A stretch of 56,288 nt of DNA, counting the filler, from Basidioascus undulatus (taxonomy: Eukaryota): assembly GCA_000826855.1 (NCBI GenBank). It is 6 parts of 6 records of this genome, joined end to end, with 100 filler letters (N's around TTAATTAATTAA, not from the genome) between each part and the next. Parts side by side here need not be neighbours in the genome. Positions count along the whole stretch, not along the records: positions 9,419 to 18,728 come from JTLS01001265.1; positions 18,829 to 28,128 come from JTLS01001266.1; 4 more parts are not named here. One strand, given 5' to 3'. The translations under genes were made by a program, and so were the position numbers. Below are positions 11,607 to 23,712 of the stretch, one piece after another (positions within the stretch are counted from its first letter, which is position 1; every line of letters begins with the position of its first letter). The notes under the pieces are model-generated. The model worked only from the letters and a program-made list of their open reading frames with translations. It made no database searches and was not told where the DNA came from.

Positions 11607-13538
11607 TCACAGACGCTCGATGACGATTGCGGAGGCCGCACCGCCCTGTTTGCCCCCATCGCCCAGTGTCAGCCAACTCGAGGGACAGCAGAATGGGGAG
11701 GGTGAAAGAAAGGGTTCGGTATGGGGAGGGTGAAAGAGATGCGGGAAGGCGGGAAAGAAATCAGAAGAGGGGACGTACGCCGTTGCAAACCCCCGCGCAC
11801 CCCTTCTCGCCCGCCTTGAGCACGTTAACCAGCGTAACGATGATCCTGGCGCCCGAGTTCCCGATCGGGTGACCCAGCGCGACCGCCCCGCCGTTTACGT
11901 TTACCTTGCTCGGGTCGAGGCCAAGCGCCTTCTCGCACACCTTCGAGACGGCCGAGAAGGCCTCGTTGATCTCGAACTTTGCAATGTCGGCAATCGAGAG
12001 GCCGGCCTTCTCCAACGCGAGCGGGATCGCCTTCGTCGGCGCGATCGGGAAGTCGATGGGCGCCATGGCGGCGTCGGCGTAGGCTGGGGAAGGGGATGGG
12101 GGGGTCAGCTTCTGCACTCACTCGAAAGGAAGGAAGGAACAAGGGAGGATCGAAAACAAAGGGCGAAGGAAGAAGGGAGCGTTGGGAGAAAGGGAGGGAA
12201 GGGAAAACGCACAGATGATCTTAGCAAGCGGCTTCACCCCCAGCTCCTCCGCCTTCTCCTTAGTCATAAGAACAAGCGCGCTCGCGCCGTCGTTGAGCGT
12301 CGACGCGTTCGCGGGCGTCACCGTGCCGCCCTCCTTCTGGAACGCGGGCTTGAGCGTGGACACCTTGTCGAGCAGGATCTTCTTGAACTCCTCGTCCTCC
12401 GCGACGACGACGTCGCCCTTGCGCGTCTTCACTGTGACGGGCGCGATCTCGGCGCTGAAGGCGCCGGCCTTCCAGGCTTCGGCGGCGCGGCTGTTGAGAG
12501 TGAGTAGGGGGGTGAGTGGGCGCTTGAAGAGCGGGGAGGGAAACGCACCGGTACGACTCGATCGCGAACGCATCCTGCTCCTCGCGCGTGACGTTGAACT
12601 TCTTGGCCGCGGACTCGGCGCAGTTGCCCATGTGGAACTGGTTGTAGACGTCCCTGTGTGCGTGCGCCAAGCATTAGACGACGGGTGGGGAAGGCGCGGG
12701 AGATGGAGATGGGAGGAAAGGCGAGGAGGACGCACCAGAGACCGTCGTGGATGATCGCGTCCGTGACCTGGTGGTGGCCGACGGGGGGCTTGTTGCGGGG
12801 GAGGTAGTAGCTGTGAAGGGGTGGAGGTCGTAAGCGGGAGATGCGAGGGCGGGAGAAGATTGAAGGGAAGACGGGGAAGGGAGAAGACGGCAGCTCGCGC
12901 ACTCACGGGGCGTTGCTCATACTCTCCATGCCGCCCGCAACCATCACGCCGCGGTCGCCAAGCGCCAAGTTCTGGGCCGCAAGCATAACCGCCTTCATGC
13001 CCGACGCGCAGACCTTGTTGATGGTGGTCGCGTCGGTGGTGTCGGGCAGGCCGGCGCCGAGGGCGACCTGGCGTGCGGGGCTCTGGCCGACGCCGCCCTG
13101 CAGGACCTGGCCCATGTACACCTCCTCGACCTTGTCCGCGGGAAGGTTGATGTTCGCGAGCGCCTTCTTGACCGCCACCACGCCGAGCTGCGGCGCCGAG
13201 ACGGTCGAGAGCGCGCCGTTGAGAGAGCCGATCGGCGTGCGCGCGGCGGAGACGATGTACACTTCGTGCTTGCCGAAGGGCGCGGAGGAGGAGGAGGCGG
13301 AGGTCGAGGCCTGCGGAGGGGGAGGGGAGATGGGATGAGGTGGCGATGAAGCGAAGGGAGAAGACGCGTTGGGTTGCGGGTGTGGTGGGAACAGCGCGCT
13401 CACCATTGCGATTCTGATGCTGTTCAAGCGAGCGTGGGCGATCGACGAGGAGGAGGAGGGGATGGACGCGGACAATGTAGAACGGGTGCAAGGAGCAAGC
13501 GGGCGGGCGAGGGAGGAGGGAGACAAGCGGGCGAGCAT
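11607..13538 (-). CDS. ERG10: Acetyl-CoA acetyltransferase (thiolase II) with mitochondrial-type presequence; multi-exon
   Basis: Motifs [72 protein letters not shown] and [18 protein letters not shown]. Canonical introns. Confidence 0.95.
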
Positions 13539-14169
13539 CAGGTCAGACAAGATCAGGCGAGTTGAAGCGAGAAGGCGCTTGGGGACGCGCGGGGAAGAGT
13601 GCCGCCGGCGAATGTCAAAGAAGACAAGTGGCGGATGCGGGGGGGGCAATCGTCGTCGTTTTCGAGCTCGATGTCGCTGGACGGCTCAACTGCTGGGGGT
13701 CGGAAGATGTTTTCGAGGAGGTTTGGGACTTTGTGGAAGAGGTTAAGGCAGTACGAGCGTGAATCGGAACAGCGACGCGGCGGTCCGGCTCCGCGGCTGA
13801 AGCGAGCCGGCGCACTGCACGTGCTTTTCTTCGGCTTTGCAGTCTGTTTCGCAGCCTAGCTCTCGATGAAAGGAGGACTTGAAAGGTGTCGCAGTGTAAA
13901 TCGAACGGGTTCCAAGCTGGACCCAGCTGCCCAAAACTCTTGAGCGCGGAGATGCGAGGGCGCTGAGTGAAAGCACAGGTCACACGCACTCGAGCGGACA
14001 GCCGTGCTCCCCCAGCGAGATGCAGAAGCAAGTCCAAGGAATACCGTCCCAAATGTTAGTAGATGGTCTTCCCTGTCGTACAACCAGACCGCTGGTGCCC
14101 TGATAACGCTTCCAACACAGGCCTAGGTATTTCAGCCTGGTGAGATGAGCACGGGATACAGAGTCGCAG

Positions 14170-14248
14170 GGCAAGATAGGAAAGTGGTCAAATCCGCTAG
14201 CTTCAGGTGCTAGTCTTCGGTTCGTGGGTTCGAATCCCACTCTTGTCA
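14170..14248 (+). tRNA. tRNA-Leu(CAG)
   Basis: Acceptor GGCAAGA/TCTTGTC with A73, D stem GGA/TCC, anticodon arm CTAGC-TTCAGGT-GCTAG, T arm GTGGG-TTCGAAT-CCCAC, TTTT just downstream. Confidence 0.85.
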
Positions 14249-14543
14249 ACCTTTTGCCCCTTGCAAGAAGTAAAGCATGCTGTTTGTTTTGTTACCCCCC
14301 AGAGAGATTGGGCGGCTTCATGACCGCCAGATGGTACTGTACTGTAAAAGGATATATGTTCTTCTCGGCGTCGCCCGCCTCGACTTCACGTGTGTCTCAG
14401 CCAGCGCGCGACCTTGAATCAAGGCAGAAATCTGGCAGTTGTACATTGGACAACAGCAACATCTGAGTATGACAGAGGCCGTCCAGCTGCCTGCATATCT
14501 ACCGAGCATCAAGAACTCGTTTTCGTCACAAACGACCACCGCG

Positions 14544-15008
14544 CTACATGCCCACATAAAGCCTGCGTATCTCCTCCTCCTCAATCTCCGCCAAGGCCTC
14601 ATTCAAAACGTCCACCTCAAACCTCTCTCCCACCTTCCCCAAGCTCCTAGCACGGCCCAGCCGCCCCTGCCTGATCTGCCTCCGACATGCCTCCACGTCT
14701 TCCCGCCATGCCGCAATCTCCTGCTCCCACTCCCGCTGGATCTCCTCCCAGGCCTGGGCACGCTTCTGGCGTGCGCGCAGCGCTCGTGTGCGGCGACGCG
14801 CTTGGCGAGCGCCAAGGGCAGCGTAGGACTTGAGAAGGCCATGCAGGCCCGAGTTGTCTGAAGCGGGCGGTGAAAGCGCCGGGGATTTGCGCGAAGTCAA
14901 TGCGGGAGGGGATGGGGCGTGTGTGGAGAGAATGCCGAGCGCTGGCTGGCGGCAGACGCCGTCTGCGAGAGAGTCGTAGACTGCTTCAAGTACTTCGAGG
15001 AGGGACAT
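14544..15008 (-). CDS. Hypothetical 154-aa protein with a charged helical/coiled-coil C-terminal half
   Basis: Intronless ATG-to-stop ORF with protein-like composition (QAWEEIQREWEQEIAAWREDVE). No family recognised. Confidence 0.4.
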   Translation of the reverse strand: MSLLEVLEAVYDSLADGVCRQPALGILSTHAPSPPALTSRKSPALSPPASDNSGLHGLLKSYAALGARQARRRTRALRARQKRAQAWEEIQREWEQEIAAWREDVEACRRQIRQGRLGRARSLGKVGERFEVDVLNEALAEIEEEEIRRLYVGM

Positions 15009-15916
15009 TGGAGAGCTGGAGTAGTGCTGCTATGCGGACGGCCGGTGAGGTCAGCGAAGAATCGGTATTGCACCATTTCGCAACACGTACCCACCTGTGA
15101 GGGTGATACAGATGCCAACAGAGTGAAATAGTGAAAGAATAAATGTGTGTGTATGTATACGTCCAAACTGTTAAGTGCGTCGGTGGCGTAGGTGGCGATT
15201 AACGACGAAGTGTCTGCGTGCAGCGTCTTCTTAAAGCCCTGCTATTAGCCTCGCCCATCCTCACGAGATCCACCAACGACGAATCAATCATAATAATGAC
15301 GCAAAATTCGCCTCCTCTGGAAGCACGAACCGCGTAAAGGCGTCGCAGACGGGGAGCAACCAGCGAGAAACTGGCGCTGAGCTGGTTTCGCTCTGAGCCA
15401 TCCGAAACACTTGACTGGCCCGTGGCGAGAAGGCCGCACTGGTGTAGTACATATAAGATAGACATTTCATCTAACCCCAGAGATGTCTTGCGAATATTTA
15501 AAGCGGCTGTCAACATTTCAACGCTGAGAAGAAGGCACTGTCCAGCAGCGTGCCACAGCTCTTCACCCTTTCGTGACGACTGGTGATTGACTTCCACTGC
15601 CCCAAATTTTGAGTGGAAGTATTCCAACACATTAGTTTAGAGTGGTGCAACGTAATAGGACGGTCGAAGGCAACATGACTGGAGCCATGTTCACGTTTGC
15701 CGTTCGTTCTCGAGCATCACTCTTTCAACACTTTCGCAGTACCCAATTTTGTTAACTTTTACCCCCAAAAACAACTCGCATACCTCTTAAAACAAAAGGA
15801 AAACGAAAGTGTCTGGATGAGCCAACAATAGGCACTGAAAGCGGGATGACCAAATAAAAGGGCTTGCAAGGTGAAAGCCGCCTCTCAAAAAACAGTCGGG
15901 TTCACCGTCTTCCTTC

Positions 15917-16709
15917 TTGCTGCTTTCCCACCGTCAACATGATTCTCAATTACCCTTTACTTTTTCGCCATCTCGGCAGAAACGTTCTCCGCCTGGAACT
16001 GCCACCGCCTTTCCTGTCGTCGTTCCGGCCGCCACGGTATCCCACTGTCTCAATTTCACCCAAAGCTCGCGCACCGCAGAGGCCGAGCCTGATACCAAGC
16101 TCCCGAAGCGCGCCTTTGAAGGAATCTACACCCTCGACGATCACATTCTCTCCAACTTCACCACCTCTCCGGCCGAGCGTAGGCAGCCTCTTCCCGCCGT
16201 TCGCCGGGGCGTCAGACTTTACCCCAAGTTCGCTGCGCTCCATGGTCGCTCGCTGGGGGGCTCGGGGCCGAGCTCGCGCACCGAATACGACAGCGCCCAC
16301 GAAGAGTTTTGGCGCTCTTGCAGCGATGACGAGCTTCTGTGGGCTTGGTGGGCTCTAGACCGGCGGACACGATCATCTCCACTCGCATGCCGTGGTGCTC
16401 GGGGAACGACGGGAACGTCTACTTCGGTTCCTACCTCCTCTCTTTCGGGCCGCGCTTCGTCCTCGAGGTCCTCAAGTTCCCGACGACGGACTGGTCCAAC
16501 AGCACCAGGGACGCGTTCTGGCCGCCGATGGAGCCGCGGCTGCTCCAGCTGTTGCGCGGGAACATTGGGTCATTGATGGGTTTGGGGTAGCTAGGCACGA
16601 GGGATGGATGAAGTATTCGCTGTGGGATGTTTTGGAGGAGCGCAGTGGCAGGGATGAGTGCGACAGGCTGAGGGAGATGACGCCTTGGAGGAGAGAGCTC
16701 TCCGCGTAG
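15917..16709 (+). pseudogene. Frameshifted gene of unknown family
   Basis: Protein-like text continues over three frames with no introns: ...EEFWRSCSDDELLWAWWAL / DTIISTRMPWCSGNDGNVYFGSY...LLQLLR / EHWVIDGFGVARHEGWMKYSLW... Confidence 0.45.
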
Positions 16710-16781
16710 ATGCTGCACGCTTCGCAGGAAGCATTGCAATATGGCAGGCTGAAAAGAGCGAGATCGGGAAAGATTCATGCG

Positions 16782-17490
16782 TCAAGCGTTTACGACACCG
16801 CCCGTCTGGTACAAGATCTCCTGCAGCGTCGCGCCCTCCCATCCTGGACAGCAACGCCGTGCCTGACGAAAAGCAATGCCGCACGCGTGAAAAGACCGGC
16901 GACCTGATTCGACATTTGCAGGCGGATGTTGCTGGCCTTGGATCCAAAGACGCTCCCAGCGACTGCGGAAACCTAAGAGTGTGTAAAGCTGGAAGGCGAC
17001 GTTCGGAAACAAGAGAGCGAAAGCTAAGCCTGACTCGAGCTCGACGTAAGGAATGTCGTGTCGGTTGATTACGAAAGTCTCGAGCGACCGAGGCAGTTGA
17101 GACACCACGGAAGGAAAGTGACGAAGATGAAAATTGGGACACAGTTGGTCGAGATGACAGAAGGTCAGTGTTGGACGTATCAAGATCCAGCTCCCGCAAG
17201 TGCGCTCCGTGCCGGTGAAGAAAGGGCTTTAAGGACTCGGAAGCCTGATTACACCACCGCACCTGTACATGGAAAGTGCGCAGGTTCGGCACATGGAAAT
17301 GATCAAGTGGTGTGAAATCGCCGGTGTCGGTATGCGCCCACGAGAGATGTTCGAGGTTCTTCAAGTTGTAGACGCCGGGTTCGCAGTGCTCGTAGAAGTC
17401 ATACCAGAAGGTATATCTAGGGAAAGACCTCTTGTAACCTCTTTGTTGCTGCCGAAAACGCACAACCTCTATCGACGGCAGAGTGATCCT
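16782..17490 (-). pseudogene. LRR-like (F-box-associated type) gene remnant, 5'-truncated and frameshifted
   Basis: LxxLxL-type repeats NLEHLSW, PNLRTFHV, HLRELDL and RSLETFVI, split between ORFs 16591..17547 and 16782..17183. Confidence 0.5.
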
Positions 17491-17510
17491 CCCCTCCTCC
17501 CTATCCTCAT

Positions 17511-17639
17511 CTACGCCCCCACCTCCCCAGCATAAACATGCCTCCACCTCTCCACGCCATCTACCGTCCTACACGCGTCCGCCACCTCGGGCTTTGCACG
17601 CCACAGTCGCACCGTAAAGTCATCCGCGCAGGAGGCCAA
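17511..17639 (-). CDS. Isolated last exon of a WD40 protein (Cdt2/DTL-like C-terminus)
   Basis: LASCADDFTVRLWRAKPEVADACR...GA*, preceded by a complete intron at 17640-17743 (GTGAGT..ACTGAT..CAG). The upstream exon is absent. Confidence 0.6.
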   Translation of the reverse strand: MASCADDFTVRLWRAKPEVADACRTVDGVERWRHVYAGEVGA

Positions 17640-17769
17640 CTGTTTCCACCCCCCGATCCTCATCAGTTCCTCGTTCCTCTGTTTCCCCTCATACGAAGAA
17701 CACAGTTTGTCCGGGAGAAGAAGAAGAAAGAGAAAAGACTCACCCCCCCCCCCCGGCCCACACAACCAG

Positions 17770-17921
17770 AGTTCGAAGACTCGAACAAGCACATCCACTC
17801 GACGTCGGACATGTGGGACGTCTCGCCCGAGTACTCGTTCGAACACATGCGTGAGTTCGTCAAGCTCGCCATCGGGTTTGCCGTGGAGCTCGGAGGTTGG
17901 GGCAAGAGGGAGAGTGCGTAG
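17770..17921 (+). CDS. Isolated last exon of an M28 leucine aminopeptidase
   Basis: After a CAG acceptor: FEDSNKHIHSTSD...YSFEHMREFVKLAIGFAVELGG...*, a characteristic M28 LAP C-terminus. Upstream exons are absent. Confidence 0.75.
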
Positions 17922-18728
17922 ATCTCCGTAGATCGACGTACATCTCTCGGGAAGAAGGTGGATCGTTCGTTGTCTGTTTGTCTGTATACCTGAACGACTG
18001 GCTGTGTGTTGTGCTCTTCTTTTTTTTGTCTATGTTTGTTGCTGCGCTGGTTGAAGATATGCGAGGAAAGGGGACGTGACTTGAGCGTTGCCTCCACCGG
18101 TGTGCAGAAAGTGCAGCGTATCCTGAGTGCAGACAGCCCAGAGCTTGCGCAGGAAAAAACGAACAGCTTGCCGGGTCCGTAATGAAAAAAGTACCCTCAG
18201 AAGCTGACATACCGGCGCCCTCATTCGAGTTAAACAACTTGCGTGTGGCAGTCGAGTTTGCAGCGGCTTCGACGGAACTCTCGCGCTGGCCGCCCCGCTC
18301 GACGGTCGCCCGTCCGTCGCGCTCGCCCCTTGCCTGCTTCCCTTGCTCCTTGTCCCCCATCCCACCGCATCCCGCCCACTTTTTTCCCTTCCTCAGCGCT
18401 CCAGCGTTCCACCGCCTCACGTCCCCGGAGACTCTGCGATACGTTGTTAAATACGGCAGGGCAATCGCGGATTGAGGATTCGAGGCGTGAGTCCGTGGTC
18501 CCGAGCTCAGCTCTCCGCGCTCGGGCTAGTCAGCGTAGCGCACGCAGCTGCGTACGGACGGACGAGCTTGGCCTGGCCTGGACTAGTTATTGCTGCGAGT
18601 GACGGCGGCGGTCGGTATAACGTGCTTACCTTACGGGGGGCATTGCCGTAGCAGCACCAGCAGCCGACCAGCGCACACACTCGCACACCGTCATCATCAT
18701 CCTCACCGCCATCTCCATCGCCACCGCC

Positions 18729-18828
18729 NNNNNNNNNNNNNNNNNNNNNNNNNNNNNNNNNNNNNNNNNNNNTTAATTAATTAANNNNNNNNNNNNNNNN
18801 NNNNNNNNNNNNNNNNNNNNNNNNNNNN
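18729..18828. other. Artificial contig spacer
   Basis: N44-TTAATTAATTAA-N44. Confidence 0.98.
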
Positions 18829-18878
18829 CGGCGAAGCGAGGAACCGAATATTTTAATATAATCTTCAATAACAACAAC

Positions 18879-18951
18879 GGCCGCTTAACTCAGTTGGTAG
18901 AGTGTTTGCTTAACACGCAAAATGTCGCAGGATCGAGCCCTGCAGTGGTCA
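18879..18951 (+). tRNA. tRNA-Val(AAC)
   Basis: Acceptor GGCCGCT/AGTGGTC, D stem ACTC/GAGT, anticodon arm TTTGC-TTAACAC-GCAAA, T arm GCAGG-ATCGAGC-CCTGC, TTTTT terminator. Confidence 0.88.
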
Positions 18952-19185
18952 TTCTTTTTGGGTTGTTTTTGTCCGCGTATTACTCACCTTTTTCTAAATA
19001 CTTTACTTACGATGTTTTCTTTTCCTGGCCAAGCAGGATGAAAATGCCCCCAGATGGTGTATGGCAAGGAATCAGGCTGCAAGGTATACTTGCAAGAGCC
19101 CGCACGGAACACTGTCGGCAGACCTCCAAGCTGCGCAAGACGATGTGAGTAGAGAATGTGTGATGAATCATGTAGTTGCAAAGTG

Positions 19186-21280
<2,095 letters not shown>

Positions 21281-21536
21281 GTAAGCGATGAAAATGGATG
21301 AAGGGTCAGCGGCGGGTAGGACAAGATGGTGCAAATGAAAGTAAGTCCGAAGCGAGAAGACCGGGGAGGGCTGCTGCTGGGGAAATATCGGCTCGGAGGT
21401 GAAATGGCTGAGACCGAAAGCACTGGGCGAGCTCCTGGCTCTGGCCTGGAGTCTGCACTCCACTGCATTCGACGTTCACCTCGGCTGCGAATCGCCACCC
21501 CCTTTTACACCCTTTTACACTCCTTTTCACGTTATC

Positions 21537-23613
21537 ATGGCTACCAACGGTATGTACGCCGCAACTTGAGCGCTAAGACCCAAAGCTGATAGAATACGCC
21601 TCCGTTTCCAGCCGGCAACAAGCTGTCCCGCGAGGAGTACCGCCGGCGGATGGACCTCGAGGCCGCCCGTAAGGCGGGTACGGCCCCAGCGGAGGTGGAT
21701 GAGGAGGGAAGGGCGATCAACCCGCATATTCCTCGTACGTAACTTTCCTCGGAGCTAGACACTGGGGCGTGGCGGGGGAGATGCTGAACGTCCCATCTCT
21801 GCAGAATACATCGCCCAGGCTCCATGGTACATGGACATCGGCCGTCCGTCGCTGAGCCACCAGCGTACCGCGCCCGAGTACGACAACACGGCGAAGAAGT
21901 TCGCCAACTGGTACGACCGCTCGGTCAAGGGTCAGCAGGCGACCAAGTTCCGCAAGGGCGCGTGCACGAACTGTGGCGCGATGGGCCACAACGCGAAGGA
22001 CTGCGTCGAGCGCCCGCGCAAGCGTGGCGCAGCTAAGACGAACAAGGACATCGCCGCGGACGACGTCATTATGGACGTGGGCGGCAATTACGAGGCGAAG
22101 CGTGACCGGTGGAACGGCTACGACCCTGCCGAGCACAAGCGCGTGTACGACGAGTACACCGCGGTCGAGGCCGCGCGGCAGAAGATCAGGGAGGAGGAGA
22201 TCGACAAGGCGGGCGAGAAGGACCTCGCCGTCGTGGCAAAGACGGGCAAGGGCAAGGAGAAGAAGCCGGACGACGACTTCGGGAGCAGCGAGGACGAGGA
22301 CGAGGACGAGGACAAGTACGCCGACGCGGCCGACGCCGTGGGACAGAAGGTCAACGCCAAGACCCGCGTCACCGTCCGCAACCTCCGTATCCGCGAAGAC
22401 ACTGCCAAGTACCTCCTCAACCTCGACGTCGACTCCGCGCACTACGACCCCAAAACGCGTTCCATGCGCGAAGCCCCCAACAGGAACGTCAGCCCAGAAG
22501 ACGTACGTCTTTGTCCCCCTCCCTCCTTCCCCTCCCCTTCCTTCTCCCGATGCACCCTCCTGACACACGTTCGTTTCATTCATAGGCCACCTTCGCCGGC
22601 GACAACTTCGCGCGACACTCGGGCGACGCGACCAACATCCAGACCGCGCAGCTCTTCGCGTGGCAGTCGGCCGCGCGCGGGCACGAGGTGCACCTGCAGG
22701 CGAACCCGACCGCTGCCGCGCTCGCGCACGACGAGTTCAAGGTCAAGAAGGACGAGCTCCGGGACACAAACAAGGTCGGCATCCTCGACCGGTACGGCGG
22801 CGGAGAGTACCTCGACCCGAGCCGCGTGCCGCGCGAGCTCCGCACGGGCCAGACGGAGGAGTACGTCGAGTACTCGCGGACGGGCGCGGTCATCAAGGGA
22901 CGGGAGCGCGCGAAGGCGCGGAGCAAGTACGACGAGGATTGTGCGTTTTCTCTTGGGCCTCGGGGGGAGATGGCGGGAACTGGGTCTGACGGGCGGTTGG
23001 ATACCTGCAGTCTTCCCCGGAAACCACACCTCCGTATGGGGATCGTGGTACGACACGTCCTCGCGCGGCTGGGCCTACGCCTGCTGTCACTCTGCGATCT
23101 TCAACTCGTACTGTCAAGGCGCAGCGGGCATCGAAGCCGCGAAGGCGTCCACGGCGCTCACGCTGCTCGAGTCGAAGAACCAGGACGAGCCGACCAAGTC
23201 GCTCGCCGACCAGCACGCGGAGCGCCTCGCGCGCGGCGAGGACGTCCAGCGCGCGCAGCCGAACCGCGCGCGGCACGCGGGCGACGCGGACGGTGAGGTC
23301 GTGCTGGACAAGGACAGGCTACGCAAGGCCCTGGAGGAGGAACGCAAGCGCAAGCGCGGGGACGACGAGGATTGGGGCGACGATCGGAAGAAGAAGTGGG
23401 GGGCCAGCGGAGGGGCCGTGGTTGGGGACGTCACGGAGGAGGAGCTCGGTGCGTTTCCCTTCTCCCGTCTGCCGTTACTGCTCTCGGCCTGGGTGACTGA
23501 CGGTTTGCGACGATTCTGCAGAGGCATACCGGATGTCGAGAGATGCGGGGTACGAGGATCCCATGGCGAACCTCAAGGGCGACGAGCTGCTGCCACTCGA
23601 CCACGGCAAGTAG
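21537..23613 (+). CDS. SLU7: Pre-mRNA splicing factor Slu7; multi-exon
   Basis: Motifs [14 protein letters not shown], zinc knuckle [71 protein letters not shown] and DPMAN. Confidence 0.96.
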
Positions 23614-23712
23614 GGGTGCGCCGTCCTGGCGCTCGGACTTTCTTTTCTCGCTTCATTTTGCATGTCATACTACCCACGAACGAAATCATGTATCACCGTT
23701 GTATTCCCAATT

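Noticed and set aside
11869..13491. Long overlapping and antisense ORFs over ERG10 (also over SLU7, MSY1 and DUF3431)
   Set aside because: These are shadow frames expected from very high GC at third codon positions and carry no independent motifs.
14170..14248. Selenocysteine/opal-suppressor tRNA (TTCA in the loop), or a CUG-reassigning tRNA
   Set aside because: The stem pairs only with CAG centred in the loop. It has U33 and A73 and no G3:U70. CTG encodes conserved Leu in the thiolase (GQVLQG, AGLP), so the standard code fits.
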